Assembly: GCF_006345805.1 (NCBI RefSeq) | Contig: NC_043001.1 | Span: 54,126,001-54,190,000 of the forward strand | Direction: 5' to 3' | DNA length: 64,000 nt | DNA from: Octopus sinensis | Taxonomy: Eukaryota | In this document: piece after piece, positions 12,600 through 27,830 of the stretch | Position numbering within the stretch: position 1 is the stretch's first letter | Layout of the letters: the number at the start of each line of letters is the position of its first letter | The notes under the pieces: generated by a model | Seen by the model: only the letters and a program-made list of their open reading frames with translations | The model's database searches: none | What the model was told of the DNA's origin: nothing | Program-made: the position numbers and the translations under genes

Positions 12600-14402
12600 T
12601 TTGACGATACGAATGACAAATCACGCTATATGCGCATTAAAACCTGAAAAAGAAGGAAAGAAGACCAGCTTTGTAGCTTATGTCAAAACAAAAAGACTTG
12701 GTTTAAAGTGATAGAGTATGCACGGACAACGTAGCAATAATAGATGAACACGGAGAGATTAATAAATAAATTCTATAAATAAATGTGCGCCGAAGAAGAA
12801 AAATGAAAGATGGTTCTCTTTTGACATACAGAATAAGGAAAAGAAACTGGATATGACGAGGTAAAGGAAGCAACACGAAAAGGACACTGAAAAATACCAT
12901 TTGCTGGAAAATGTCAAGAACCAAGCCAGTGAATGACACATCACAACGAATAACGAAGGAATTTGAACAGAGACAAAGATAGGATTAACATGTACATAAA
13001 GAGCTCAACAATACCACCCCACATACGAACCAGATATCTTACCACGGAGGACCAGTTCTGAAAAGCCATAAAGATGCTGAAAGAAGTAAAAGCAACGGGA
13101 TCATATATGATGACTTCAAAGCCCTGAGAACGGATACCGATACTACCACCGATTTGCTAGGATTCTTACTATAGAAGATATGAAAGGAAGGCAAAGTACC
13201 TGCAGAACGAAAACAAAAATATCCGGTAAAACTAATAATTTTATTTTTTTAGTCAAAAGCTGGTGTGTTATGTTTCTCTTAGCATACTGTAAGGAGCTCT
13301 CAAGGATCATCTTAGAGAGACTAAAACACGCTGTAGTTCACATGTTATGTGCAAACCGAGAAGCTTTAGCCCAAATTCTTGCATCAACAAGAATTTTACA
13401 CTTAGATCCCGAGCACTTGTAAGAATGGTACCTCCCTCACATTCTCAATTTCATCAGTTTCAGAATAACATTCATAGTAAAGTCATTTGACATCTATATT
13501 GTCACTACAGGATCCGCAACACCTTGATTTATACCCTTCAGCAGCCATTCAATGATATCGTTCTAATGCACAATGGAAGATTATCGAAAGCTTTTAAAAG
13601 TAAAGACTGCTCTAAAATAGAGCGTCTTCTATCGCCGATGATATTGGTCAAGATTGAATGAATGATACTTCAAAGTAAACATGCCGTAAGAGTGGGCATA
13701 AGATAGGCAGATGAGCATATGTTACTGTACCTTTGTGGAAGCCAATTTGCCTCATATTCCAGACTGTTCAAGACATGCAGAATAAGTACAGGCTAGCAAG
13801 GTGAGCAATGAAAACCGAAGAAATATCTAGCATTGAAAAAACACAAATTATAAAAACTCAAAACGATTAACCTGCCACTCTCAAAGTCAAAAATCACATG
13901 CTGAACAAAATGAAATGCCTTATTATCGAGGAAGAGTATTGTTCACGTCTCATGTTACAGAGAAGGATGCTGAAACACGACTTAGTAAGATGAAACAAAT
14001 GCAAAGCAAAGGCTCCGTTTAAATGGATTGAATTGCAGATTTTTTAATAGTAACGTCAAATCCGTCCTGCAATATGGTACTAGGGCATGGTTAACACGCG
14101 CAAATATTTTGTTTGCTGAGACAAACCACAGAAACATCCTTATCATTAGATATCCAACAATTTTGACGAACGAAGGCCTCCAGGTCAAACTGAAACTGAG
14201 ATGAGTGGAACGAAGGTAATTGTCAAGGCTCACCTTGAACTAAAACATAGAGAAGATGACCGATGATTGTCCGGTACAGAGAGATTGAAGATGACATGAA
14301 GATACCAGAGCATACATGAAACCAAGTGAAATGAAATGCACAGGACAGTGGAGAGAACTCCGGTTCTGTCTGAAATTGTATCCCGTAATGATGATGATGA
14401 TG
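12600..14402 (+). mobile_element. RTE-clade LINE remnant (RT and C-terminus), heavily decayed
   Basis: Across frameshifts: KAIKMLK.SKATG, KELSRIILERLKHAV (ORF 13180-13422), ADDI, VKSVLQYGT..W, QDR..WRE, ending in a (GAT)n tail at 14388-14402. Confidence 0.7.
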
Positions 14403-14465
14403 GCACTATATATATATTTATAAATGTATGTTATATAATATTATGCATGTGTGTATGTAGGTATG

Positions 14466-14567
<102 letters not shown>

Positions 14568-14574
14568 TATATAT

Positions 14575-14703
14575 GAGTGGGTCTGTTGTTAGAAGCTTGC
14601 TTCCAAGCCACATGGTTCCGGGTTCAGTCCCAGTGCGTGACACCTTCGACAAATCTCTTCAACTGGAGTCTTGGGCGGAAACGGAAACTGAAAAGAAGCC
14701 CGT

Positions 14704-14770
<67 letters not shown>

Positions 14771-14990
14771 GTGTATACATATATGTTGTGAGTCTGTGTT
14801 TTTCCTTCCAGCATCACTTGACAAACGATGTTGGTTCCTTTACGTTCCCGTAACGTAGCGGTTCGTCAAAAGAGCCCGATAGCATAAGTACTAAGCTTAC
14901 AAAAATAAGCCCTGGCGTCGATTTGTTTGAACAAAGGTGATTCTCCAGTATGGCCGCATTCAATGACTGAATTAAGTAAAAGAATAAAAA
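14575..14990 (+). mobile_element. SINE family 2 with internal (TA)n
   Basis: agaagcttgcttcc..catggttccgggttcagtccc head; ggaaactgaaaagaagcccg; tail cccgtaac.tagcggttcg..ccagtatggccgc..tgactgaa..agtaaaagaataaaa. Confidence 0.85.
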
Positions 14991-15034
14991 TTATATCTAT
15001 ATATCTATCTATATATATATATATATATTATATA

Positions 15035-15097
<63 letters not shown>

Positions 15098-15799
15098 ATA
15101 ATATATATATATAATATATATGTATATATGTATGTTTGTATGTATGTATGAATGTATGCATGTTGATATATAATGTAATGTTATACGTGTATGTGTGTGT
15201 GTGTATGTATGTGTGTGTATAATACATATATGTATGTATGCATATTATGTAAAACTCTTGAACTATTATCTGGCAGTAGAAAATTGAAGCCAAAGTTTTG
15301 AGATGTTCAAATCCCGCCATTTTGGTTTTTTGCTCAAATATCGCTTCATGAGAATTTTTGTCATCATCCAGCGTCTCATAATTCTTATAGACAACATTTC
15401 TTAGGGAATAATAACATAATCGAATATTACTTCTGGAAGTGAGAGCCAGTGTGCCAAATGTATTTTTCCCCGTGTTTTCGTTTTCTGTATTTTCGAAGAT
15501 CCGAGGTCAGGTAAAAATGTTGCAGTTGATATTTGGAATATTTTAATCGATTCAAGTGAAAATAGTCCAAGAATCTAGGAGATTCTTCCAAATAAGGATT
15601 GTTCATCACGTATGTTAGTCTTGGATTAAATATTGAGGTAGAGCTCCAGATTTTAGTGTTGGCCCCAGTTAGAAATATCAAAATTCTTCAGACAAGACGT
15701 TTTCACTATCATTCATAATATCAAAGTCATTGTCTTCAAAACAAATTCTCGGAAGGAAATATTTTTATCGTACTTTGTAAAAGACAGACTACCGTTACG

Positions 15800-15970
15800 G
15801 GGGCCATACTGATGAGGGATTTAAGTGCGTAGCCTCACGATCATAAAACTATGCTTTCAATCCGTAGACTGGGAGATGTGTTGTGTCCTAGAGAAAACAG
15901 CTTTTTCAAGTTACCCCAGTTTATTCAGATGAAAATGACTACGAAATTAGTGTTGATACCGCCGTCCCTC
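15800..15970 (+). mobile_element. Degenerate SINE family 3 head
   Basis: Weak match to 31690 copy (ctcacgatcat..tcaatcc..gttgtgtc...aaaac). Confidence 0.4.
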
Positions 15971-17061
15971 CATGCAGTTTTCATATCTTCGAAGTTTTGC
16001 ACAGTCAAACGGTGGAAAGGCCGAGAGGGCGTTTGTGCTAGTTTGCGACTACATAGACACCTGAAACATTTAGTGAAATCATAGTAAAGTCATACTCACC
16101 TGCGGGTAGCGTTTATGAATTAATTGGATGGATAAGGGAGAGTTTATGTAACTTGGGAAACCAAATCTCACACAAAGGATTTTCGTTCAAATTATACATT
16201 CGTCGGTTTGCTGAGATGCTATATATTTCGAAATGATATACACACAAATAAACACACTTGTACACAGACAGACATGCATATGTACATATATACGTTACAC
16301 ACACACATATATATATACACCCACATACATATATATGCACCCATGCATACATGTATGTATGTATGTATGTATGTATGTATGTATGTATGTGTGTGTATGT
16401 GCATGTACAGAGTTGTAATTGATACACCTTAGAGCTAGGGTAGGTGTTCAAGGTGTTCCACTTTGAAAGACAGAACAGAAATTTTATGTTTTCGCGTGAA
16501 ATGTTGAGTTCAACCCGTTCCCAGCCCGAATTTAAACGCACTTGAATTAGAGAGGATGAAAGGCAAATTCGACTACTGACAACAAAAAACAACAGCAATG
16601 ATATATATGTGTATATATATGTGTGTATATATATATATGTTCCGAGGAACTTTATGCGTAATAAATACCATGTTATACGTAAAATGTTATCGGTAGACTA
16701 AGACTTAGTTTTTCATCCGAAATTATTTCACTAGCTCTGCTAGTGCTTTTGGTAAAGATCATATTTACGCTCTTTCATATTCTGGCGTCAATTCATGTGA
16801 TATATTATAGATGGATATTTCTAATTATGTTTGAGTAACATACTTGATTATAGTCATTGCAACTGTGTGACATATACTGTATATGAAAGCCTGGGGGATC
16901 AGTGAACAATTATCTTAGTTGTCCAACAGATGTATGTATCCGTTTGCAAAGGAAAGGTTCTAAAGTGATTATCCGCTATAATTAACAGCTATAAGTGGAT
17001 GCTTATTGAACCAGTGCGTGCGTTTATTTAATTTTTTGTTGGCATAATGATTCACCCTTAA

Positions 17062-17080
<19 letters not shown>

Positions 17081-17152
<72 letters not shown>
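17081..17152 (+). repeat. (GATA)n
   Basis: Directly visible. Confidence 0.95.
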
Positions 17153-17464
17153 TAGAAAGGGCTATCGTGTCATGCTGATGCGTCCGAAGTATTACGTTTA
17201 GAGTACAAATGTGTGTGGAATAGTCAATCACGCTATGATTCAAGAAGCAAATAATATCTTCCTATAATTAAACGTCGGGAAAGTGCATCTGTGAAGATAA
17301 TGGCTGTTTCAATTACTTCTAAATGTTATTGTCATTGGAACATCAATAAATATTGACGATATTCTATAATTTACTAATAATTTATCATAATTTACTACTA
17401 CTTTGTAAATTCATTGTTAATTGCTTCTCGTTTTGCATGGAGAGCGATCATTATCTCAAATGAG

Positions 17465-17677
17465 TGGCGAGCTGGCAGAAACGTTAGCACGCCGGGCAAA
17501 ATGCTTAGCGAATAATTCGTCTGTCTTTAAGTTCTGAGTTCAAATTCCACCGAAGTCGACTTTGCCTTTCATCCTTTCGGGGTCGATAAATTAAGTATCA
17601 GTTGCGTACTGGGGTCGATCTAGTCGACTGGCCCCCTCCCTAAAAATTTCGAGCCTTGTGCCTAGAGTAGAAAAGAA
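17465..17677 (+). mobile_element. SINE family 1 monomer, tail B
   Basis: ggcgagctggcagaaacgttagcacgccggg ... gagccttgtgcctagagtagaaaagaa. Confidence 0.9.
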
Positions 17678-20438
17678 TTTATCTTTAGATAACACATGGA
17701 GTTTCAGAATTTACAACAGTAAATTTGATTCAGAAATTATAATGATAAAGATAGGAAGATATTCTATAGATTTAGTTGCATCATGCTGGACTTTTGTTTT
17801 ATCCAAGGCATAGTAATTTGATTTGAGCTAACGAAATATTTATCGTTATGATAATGTTTCAACAAAACGTGATAAATTATCCTTAAAACATGTTAGTTGT
17901 GTCGTTGTACTCGTTAGAGAAATTCATTTATAGTAGTCGTAAAATGATATTAAGTTTGCATTTTCTATTCTGAATTTAATGCAGTTCTTTACTTGTTAGC
18001 AAAAGAATCTTAAGAATGTCCCTACTCTTCTTATCCAGACAGAATTCTACTATTTAAGATTTTTATCTTATAATCTTATCAGAGCTCATTACTCACGCGG
18101 AGTTAACTATTTCATCAGCAACTGAACTATTGTTTATATAGAACATGCTTCATCAGTTTAAACAGTAACGTGGAAGGAATCGTTTTGTTATAGCAATATG
18201 TTTGGTCAGAGATTCAACAAAGAATCTCGATAACAGCACTAGCACTAAGGTTTATAAACAGTACTGTTGTTACAAAGTAAATATTTTTCCAGTAGACGCT
18301 TTAGTGTTTTCTTACAAATCTTCTTTCTAAACGTACCTCAAATTTTCAGACGCTAAAAATCGGTTTTCACTATTTTATATCGAGCTTCAATACAGAAATG
18401 TCAAGAAATTTACTCCCTCGTTAATGCATACATGCAATATAATAAGAACATTTCTATATTTATTTAACTTTTAAGTCTATGAGCCAATAAGAAGTCATCT
18501 ATATCTACATCCTATCTCATCACACTAGAAATAGCAGCCATACGTTCCTTACATTACAAGCAATATTAGTGTTATAAAATTACTGCATTAACGATTGGAG
18601 AAAGCTAAACCTGATACTGAATTAGAACTTAGAAGTCAAAGACATCCGTTAAACTACCGACAATCAACATCCATTGTCTGCTTCTCAGAGATGGGATTTA
18701 GCTACGCAGTGGAATAACTCTACAGCACGACAGTATATATTTTATTTGATTCGCATCAAGCAAAACGTTACAACTTGTTGATCCAGTCTAGTAAAATTAT
18801 TTTAACATACTTTTCTGCGATGGTAATTGTAAAAATTTTCATTTGTGTCTTTGTTTAAAATAGTTCGTACTAATACTAAAATGTTTGGACTACTGTGCTC
18901 ATTAAAACCAGCCATTTTATTCAAAATAACGTCTAATGCACTTAAGGGACAAAACCCCATGCAAACTGAACTTATTTTATCAATATGCTAAAGTACTTTA
19001 CAACCACCAAAGACGGACAATTTACGAAGGTATGTGAGTAAGTGAGAATGTGATACGACAGGGTAGAAAATATACGAATAAAAAGGAATAAACTACACAA
19101 AGTTATAAATGTTTTGTTAGAAAATAGAGAGTGTGAAAGAGAGACAAAAATATGTTGAAATATGTTGAAAGAAACGTAAAGAAAAATTTGTGACAGTAAG
19201 ACAGAGTGACACTTAAGAAGAGTAAAAGTCTAGAAGTGGTGTATTTATAAGCATCAATATTGGTTTAGTAATTAAATATATCTGTGCATTCGCTACGTAT
19301 AATTCTGCAAGTATATACACACGTATATCAAATATGTATATACATACACAGACACGTTTATATGTGTGTGTGTATGTGTGTGTAGTGATTTCATGTTAGT
19401 TCACTTGCGATGATAGATGCGAGATTACATATTTATATAAAAAACATTTATATGTTTTTTTCAGATTGTTGAGACGGTGCCAAGCAGTGTAACGTTTCTT
19501 GAATTGTCTGTTATCAACAAAAGAAAATATTTTGATTGGTTTCAAGCATATAACACTATTGCAAGAGAGTATACGGTGTTCAAATCATGAAACATTGAGA
19601 AAGTTTTTAACAAAAATGTTAAAGAGTATAAAGTTTAATAATCTTAAGATTATGAGTTCTTTATGCGAACACGTCATGCTTTGTTCCATACACATATATC
19701 AACTCTTATTTTAACAATATTTGTGATTGAGACTAAGTTCTCTTGTTGCATCTTCTCTTTAGTTGACTATCAGTATGTACTTTTCCCTGCACTCTTATAT
19801 CAATAACACTCTGAAAGAAAAAGCTAACTACCGCAACATAACTTGTATGATTTATGTATTTAAGTGCGTGTATGGATGTTCTTGTGTATTTGTGTATTTT
19901 ACTGAGTTTTCAATCTTATGAAGAAATGAGATACTTTCTAAGAAACAAGGCACTCCTTTATTGGAAATCAAATAACAAAATATGTACTACTTCTTAATTT
20001 TTTTTTTACTTTTTTTCAAATCTTGCATATTTTCACTGTTATGCTTACTGAATATGCATCATACCTATTACATGGTAGTTTTCTTTGCCTAAATATGCCA
20101 TCTTTCCTTCAGCATTACTAAAGCACTTATTCAAATGTTCTGAGGATCAAGGGTATAGGGGTATATGTATAAGTGGTAAAGTCAATTTATAGACTTCAAA
20201 GTCGCTCATCATAAATGTTATTTCTTCACACTATTTTGATTGAAATGTACACATCAACTAGCTGAAGGCATCCACAAAAGTAGACAGCTTTTATTGTTAT
20301 TTCATTGTACCTTTTCTTGGCCCAAACGAATCTACGAGGCCAGTTGTATGTTTACTAGACGTTTTGATTGGAATACTTAACTAATTTCTTGAGGGTGAAT
20401 GTATGAATATAATCTACATGAATATGTATACTCATACG

Positions 20439-20501
<63 letters not shown>

Positions 20502-20799
20502 ATATTGCTTTTGGCCAAATGCCATGCCGCACAGGAAAATAACATCTTATTGATATATTGGCACTGCAGCTGTTTACGTGAATAATATATTCGATGCATT
20601 ACCGGCATTATCAACATACTAGTCGGATTTTGGAAGCTTAACTGCCTCAGTATCACCTGTTACGCAAATATCTAATACCCCTAACTTGCTCTAGAATTTC
20701 AAATATATAATCTTTGAAACGTGCGATGATGTAACAGTCACAACTTCAAGAAAGGTTATACATTTTGCTGATATTGGTATCACCTAAATTTTCCGGAAC

Positions 20800-21240
20800 T
20801 CCGAACTTTTTGAGGATTTCAGTTCCGACTCGTAAGGTGTTTTATCCCAACTTTTGAAAACCTCATGACAAATTTTGAATGATTATTCCTATCGGTTGAG
20901 CAACTTCTGTACACAACTGTCTCAAACAATTGTATCAAATCTGTTGTGTTTACAATTTGCCAGAGGATGTAATGCGATTGTTCCGCCAATGTTTGTGTAA
21001 GTTTAGTCGGCAAGCTGATTGAATCGATAGATCGATTCATGCATGTAATTAAGTACATATGCTTTTCTTTGAGATTTAATTTCAATTTCGCAGAATTCAT
21101 AGCGCTGACTTGCAAAATTGACGAGACTCTTGGATATATGTTTGTGTTTAGGCTTGATATTCAGTTTCCTAATATTAGCAAACAGCACAATGTCATCGGT
21201 AAATAGAATCAACTCACTTCATTTACCACTATGTAATCCT
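20800..21240 (-). mobile_element. Possible LINE RT fragment
   Basis: ILFTDDIVLFAN (ORF 21003-21212) resembles the LFADDIVL RT motif; rest weak. Confidence 0.4.
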
Positions 21241-22266
21241 TTCAGGAAAGAATGAATATCACAGTATCTCATTTCAACTTAAGAGAGAATAAGTATTTTC
21301 CATGCTTTGTCATAAATCTTTTGTCATATTGTATAAGTGAATCGAAATTGCTGATATATTTCTTAAGTAATTAAAAGTAGAGATGCCAATGTCTATAGGA
21401 TGATTCAAAATCGTGGGATGAGAGTAATGATGAGGGGAAGCGCATTTCTGCTAAACTGTATATAAGCTAAGTTGACTCAGCTTAATTTAAAATCGATAAG
21501 AAAAAGTAGAACAACATAAATCAGCTATGTTAGTTAATGAAGTTATGCCGTTACTGTTCAATTAGTGTGAATTGAATTCTTCTCTAGTTAAAGTGTATTA
21601 CTGAAAGACAGATTAATATCAATCTTAATTAACGCATAAAGAAGTACTTCAGGGAAAACCTAAGTAGTGCAACTTTTTCTCTCTCTAATTTTATGTCATA
21701 TTTTATTACAAATAAACAATAATACACAATATGTGGTACTTTGCTGTTATGATGATTCCTTTCTATTCTACTTACAATAAGAAAGCGTTTATCAATTCAT
21801 ATATTGATTTTTTTTCTTGTTTCGAAATGAAAAACAGTGCTCAGTACAAAAAATTCCAATAAATATGGTTACCTCTTATATCTATGTAATATCAAATAAA
21901 GTAAAACATTGCAATGTATATTTCAATGCAAAACATGTGATTAGAGTTGAAAAGAGAATAAATCGGCAGGAAGTTGAATGACGGTTTTCACTATTAGAAT
22001 TCTATAAAACGAAAGTGTCAACTCTTCCTAGCAGAATTTTTATTTTTAAGAAACACTATTAAGGTAGTGTGTTACAGTAGTTTCCTTTTTCATTTTTAAC
22101 TGATATTCATGCACATGGACGTTTTCTGTCAATAGTTTCAAGCTCAAATCAAATGGAGTCTACTTGTAGAAATACAAATTACATCTGTGGCCGATATAAC
22201 CTCAACATGAATAACAACTAATGGGTTAAAGTTTTCGGATATTTAGATATAGATTGCGTACATGTC

Positions 22267-22328
<62 letters not shown>

Positions 22329-22340
22329 CATATACATATA

Positions 22341-22373
<33 letters not shown>

Positions 22374-22929
22374 GTATATATATATACATACATGCGCGCA
22401 TCTGGGTGTGGGTGTGTGCGTGTGTGCGAACTATAAGCTTTACTGAGAAATCACAAAAAAGAATGATAGATGTATAGCGTAAGGAGTGCTACAAAAGATT
22501 CTAAAGATTGCGTGTGCGTTTACTACATTAAAACGGTTATTTTGTTTCTTCTTGTTTTATGTATGAAATTTATAGCTATATCGAAGTAAATGAATGCTTA
22601 GCATATGTTGTATAAGTGCACTGAAATATAACATCTCTAGATTATATTTATATATATAAAGGGAAACATTCGATATAATATTACGGTACTTCTCACTGGT
22701 GGAGGAAACTGTTTTATAACATATATGTTTAGATAAACACATTCCAATAAACCTGGATCTGTGTATGTATGTGGACATGTATATGTTTTATTCTTACATA
22801 ACGAGCTGAGGGTTTTCTTTCTTGCATGAAAGGTATTTTGCATGAAAGGTATATTGATTTCGTATAGCCCGATATTCAGAATAGTAATCTTACTGAAAAT
22901 ATCGAACATTTACATTTGAAGGCACAACA

Positions 22930-23148
22930 ATCAAAACCAAACTACATGTTTTGATACTTTAAATTTTCTTATTTTCTCTTGCTTGAGGATCTCAAAATAT
23001 GCGCGTGCAAGTAAGCATGCATACATACATACATACATACATACATACATACATACATACATACATGCATACATACATACATACAACATACATACACACA
23101 TGCAACACACATTCATATATATATATATATATATATTGAGAGAGAGAG

Positions 23149-23236
<88 letters not shown>

Positions 23237-23530
23237 GGATAGATAGATAGATAGATATGCATACATATATGGATGGAAAATACTCACACACACACATACG
23301 CACATGCACACACGCACAAACACACACTCACACAAAGACGCATATATATATATATATATGTATGTATGTATGTATGTAAGTATGTATGTATGTTTGAATG
23401 TAAGTATGTATGTATGTATGAATGTATAAATATATTTATGTATGCATGCATGTATGTATGTATACATATATGGACGGAAAATATAGAAGTATGTGTTTTT
23501 GTGTGTAAATATATATATAGATGTATACAT
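22930..23530. repeat. Compound (CATA)n/(GATA)n/(GTAT)n microsatellite field
   Basis: Directly visible. Confidence 0.9.
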
Positions 23531-24482
23531 ATATACTGTGAGAGGTTTATTGTTGTTTAGATATTATATGAATGTATGCGTATGTTCAGTCGCTGCTAAA
23601 CATTGTAAACAGCGCGATTATATATTTGTTCTCTCGCGAAACATATACATAAGTACCTACCACCATTATGTATGAGTTACGTAGGTTCTACTTCTGTCCT
23701 TAAAGTTTAAATTCTTAAAAGATTAACAATACATCACTTTCTTTTAGCGTTACGATTAGCAACCGTACAATATTGATATACATTCAGCTGTATGTAGTTG
23801 TTCATTTAGCATTTGTAAAAGCACTCGTGGTGCCTGGTAGTTCTCTGACAACCATAGTCCACCATTCGAGCTCCACATGAAATAAACTTGTAAAATAGTT
23901 TCGGCTACCTGCGATAAACGTTACGTATAATGCACGATTATATAGCAGTATGATTAAGTAGTTCCAGGATTGTTCACTCTCAGGTGCACAGGTTCGAATA
24001 TAGCCGAGGGGCTTACGCAAGTCCATGTAAATAGAATGTAGCATAGACTAAAACAGTGTGGAATCTTGTCCTATAAAGTGTGTCTGACATTTAGTGGTAA
24101 AAGATAATGCGCTCCCTGGTTTAAGGAACATCCTCTTGCACTTGGATGCTTTTACTGAAATTACTCTGTTGGGAGGTTACAGACCAAATTCCCGGTCAGT
24201 AGATATTAAGATGTTCTTCCCTGTCGGCTACCACAGTTGCAGGTGCTCAAAAAGCTCACTGGCATTGACCTTGGCCATAAAAACATCGCGCAAACCGCTA
24301 AAAGCTTTCTTAGGAATATGTGTGCCATTATACCATTCACTTAGTATGTGTATGAGTGTGTTGAGTGTGTTTGTGTGTGTGTGAGTATGCGTGCGCATAT
24401 CTATGTGCATATCTATGTATATATATTATATATATATATATATATATAATATATATATATTATATATATATATATATATATA

Positions 24483-26694
24483 CTAATAGAAATACCCGGC
24501 GTTGCTCAGGATTAAAATGGCATAGTTTGTATGTAATATATTACAGATATGTTGAAACAGGTGATATGGGAAAGTGCAGCATTTGTGGAGTAAATTACGG
24601 GCTAATTCGACTAAGCAACATGCCATGCGTCCGTTTGGAGTATTTCAGGCCCAAACCGGTCATGGAAAATTGGGGGTGGGGATTATGTGATTTTTGAAAG
24701 CACCGAAAAGCTGTTAGTGGATATACTCTCTTTTGCAGCTATCGGCGCTGTATGTAACACGACCAATAATCTAAAATGTTGAAACCTCCTGCGGGTTTGT
24801 TGTCTTACATCACTCATAAAGTAAATTTGGAGGAACTGTGGTTGTTCATTAGTGGGTAACAGGGAACCAATGAGGTGATAGACTTGCCCTTGAACTTTGA
24901 CGCCGGCATAAATTCATGTTTAACTATCTTCTTAGATGCAGTAAACAATGTCATTTGAAATGCAGAGTTGTATTGTCTGATATTGTTCAGAAAATCCTTT
25001 GACTGGATGGAAGTGCCGTCTAGAGGATCCATAAGAGGTTGAGAAGGAGCTGGTAGCGCTGGCAATGTTACCTGACTGCCTGAGCAGCCCATGCCATTCG
25101 TTTCATTTTAAAATTTTAAACCTCTACAGAAACGACAGCACACCAACATGGACACAATTATCATTTTTATAGGAATGGGATGGACCATATCTGAAAACAG
25201 CTTCAGTTGTGAGGAAAGAATTTGTACGTAGTCTGTTTCTGAGCGCCATTCTATTGAACCTCTATCTAATCATTAAAACATTGATTTAATGATCCACCAT
25301 TAAGTGCTGCAGCATGCATTTGCTGATCTACTTAACTTGGGAAAGTCTCATCCCCCTTCTCTCTTGAGACTCTACCTGACGTGCAGCAGCATGCCTTTCC
25401 TGAACTTGAGAAGGTCTCATCTCCCTTCTTTATTGAGGTTTTCTACAATCCTCCTTGCTTTATACTTGTTTCTGGTGAAATTACGTCTTTTCTTTGGTGG
25501 CATATTTTTTTCAATATTGAAAACAAAAAATTATGAACATAGAAAAAATTATACATTAATCCCTAATTTTGTAAGCAGTTGTGCGTGTATAGTATGTTTT
25601 TATTTGTGTATGCAGTATAAATTAACTAAATAGAAACACATGTATGAACTGCTAATTTAACGGTAAGTGCCACAATAATTAATATAGATAAATTTCTTAA
25701 TATATATATATTAAGCACGTCTATTATAGGTTAATTTAATTGGAAATATCTAACTTTAAATACCTTGCAACCTTGCAACCGCTGCGATAATTATTAACTG
25801 GCAATTGAACGGTAAATGTGTATTTATATATACCTTGGGCCTGTCACCTTATTGTTTTTGTCAAGAGTTTCACCTCCAGCCGTTCGTTATGTCAGTCAGC
25901 TATAGAAACTTGTTTTCTGTCTCCGTTTCTTTCTCTTGTCTATGTCTTTTTCTTTTTTTATGTTTCTCCCGCTCATTGCGTAAAATTTATTTGAAGAGAG
26001 CAGTAATTGAAAGAAGAGAAAGCGAAAAGGACAGAAAGAAAGAAAGTGAAGGAGATGAGAATTTGAATGATTTATGTACGTGTATATGAAATGGACGTGT
26101 GTGTGCGCGCGTCCGCGTGTGTGAGAGAGACAAAGAGAGAAAATGAGAGAGAAGTAGAGCGCGTGCGTGAAGGTGTGTCTCGTGATGATTGATGTCTTTT
26201 TAAGGTACACACACATATAGAAAATGTGACATCATCGTCGTCATCCTATAAAATGTTTACGGTAGTTGATTTATGGAAAAGATTATGTAAATTTTTTTTT
26301 TAATTTAAATATGTGAATGGAAATTAAATTTAGCTTGTAGCCGAAATGGTACTGAATCTTTTGAAACCTCATACTTCAAAATCGGTAACTCGCTTTTTGG
26401 AATGCATAAGGAATATATATAGGAGATACTTCTTTCAAACTGAAAGTATTATCTCACATTATAATAGAGACGTATTATTGAAATAATGTAAGAGATCAGA
26501 GATTGCTCTGGGCTTGCATTAGGGAAGAAGTTGAAAATTTTGGGGCACATGACACTGCATGAACCCTAAGTAAGGCATGTGTAAAATTTGAATGAAATCA
26601 GTTGCGTAGTTCTCGAGTTTTAGGGATTCACACAGACAGACACACACACACGCACGCACACACGCACATATTCTCCTCTTTATATATATATAGA
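24483..26694 (-). mobile_element. Internally deleted Helitron with both termini
   Basis: Minus strand: A|TC start at 26694; 3' hairpin cctgagcaacgccggg (24495-24510) followed 8 nt later by TTAG|T at 24483; RepHel N-terminal coding remnant inside. Confidence 0.8.
24814..25497 (-). pseudogene. Helitron Rep/helicase N-terminal fragment (disrupted)
   Basis: MPPKKRRNF.. start near 25495; C..CRGLKF.NETNGMGCSGSQVTLPALP.P.QPL..LDGTSIQSKDFLNNIRQYNSAFQMT matches the Helitron-like N-terminal helicase region. Confidence 0.8.
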
Positions 26695-27271
26695 TTACTC
26701 AATAGCATGATACTGTTTACAAACCTGCTTCGTGTCCTCTTTAGTCATCTTACAGAAAGTTATCTCTATCATAAGTTCCATATGTCCTTGTACAACATGA
26801 ATACCTATTGCCTAAAGAAAGATAGTTACTACAGTGGAAAATATGACGATGTACTACTTAATATTAATTCTCTTAATAATCCGTGAGAAAATAATTTATA
26901 TTTATCCTTGAACAAAATATTTATATTTATATTTGTGATTACCTGTTATAAAAGCGATCGATTGTTTTTGTCTTCCAATTATGTTTTAATTTTATGTAAA
27001 TACTGCAAATACTACATTGAGGAATTTATGTCTCATTTAGGATCGCCTTCCGGTGAGGAGACTACGAAGCGGTCTTCTTTTATCTCGTACGCTGTTCAAT
27101 CAGTCGCTTTTTAATCTTCCTATGCTAGTAGATTACTCAAGCATGTACTTAATCTAAGCGACATAAACTAACTGTTAATTATAGATTAGTCCCATTTGTT
27201 GTTAACTGGAGCAAACCTACACGCAACGGTTATCTTTTTACAACAAAGTATACAATATCTTCACCCCATAA

Positions 27272-27651
27272 GGCGGTGAGCTGGCAGAAACGTTAGCACA
27301 CCGGGTGAAATGCTTAGCAGTATTTCGTCTGCCGTTACGTTCTGAGTTCAAAATCCGCCGAGGTCGATTTTGCCTTTTATCCTTTCGGGGTCGATTAAAT
27401 AAGTATCTGTTACGCACTAAGGTCTATATAATCGACTTAATCCGTTTGTCTGTCCTTTTTTGTCCTCTCTGTGTTTAGCCCCTTGTGCGTAGTAAAGAAA
27501 TAGGTATTTCGTCTGTCTTTACGCTCTGAGAACGACTTTACCTTTCATCCCTACGGGGTCAATAAATTAGGTACCAGTTGCGTACAGGGGTCGATCTAAT
27601 CGACCGACACCCTCCCCAAAGATTTCGGGCCTTGTGCCTAGAGTAGAAAAG
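27272..27651 (+). mobile_element. SINE family 1 dimer (A+B) with 18-bp TSD
   Basis: aatatcttcaccccataa at 27254-27271 and 27652-27669; internal junction aaagaaataGGTATTTC at 27503. Confidence 0.92.
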
Positions 27652-27689
27652 AATATCTTCACCCCATAACAACCTGCCGTTTTGAAAAT

Positions 27690-27830
27690 ATGATCATGCA
27701 TGAGCATCTCTAGTAAAAGAGCTATGCAGCATCAAGAAATGGGTGGGGGAGTATAAATGGGAGAAGACATGAAATTGACTGAAAACAGTGTAAGATGGAG
27801 TTAAGAGTTTAAAACAGCCACCCTAGTCTA
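27690..27830 (+). mobile_element. Possible mariner transposase relic
   Basis: SIKKWVGEYK resembles the mariner HTH segment (xxKKWxxEFK); short. Confidence 0.3.

Noticed and set aside
15805-15840. ctgatgaggg..cct as a hammerhead
   Set aside because: No GAAA box; lies in a degenerate SINE head.
16091-16105. atactcacctg resembling the U1 snRNA 5' end or a minus-strand donor
   Set aside because: No further U1 similarity and no credible partner exon.
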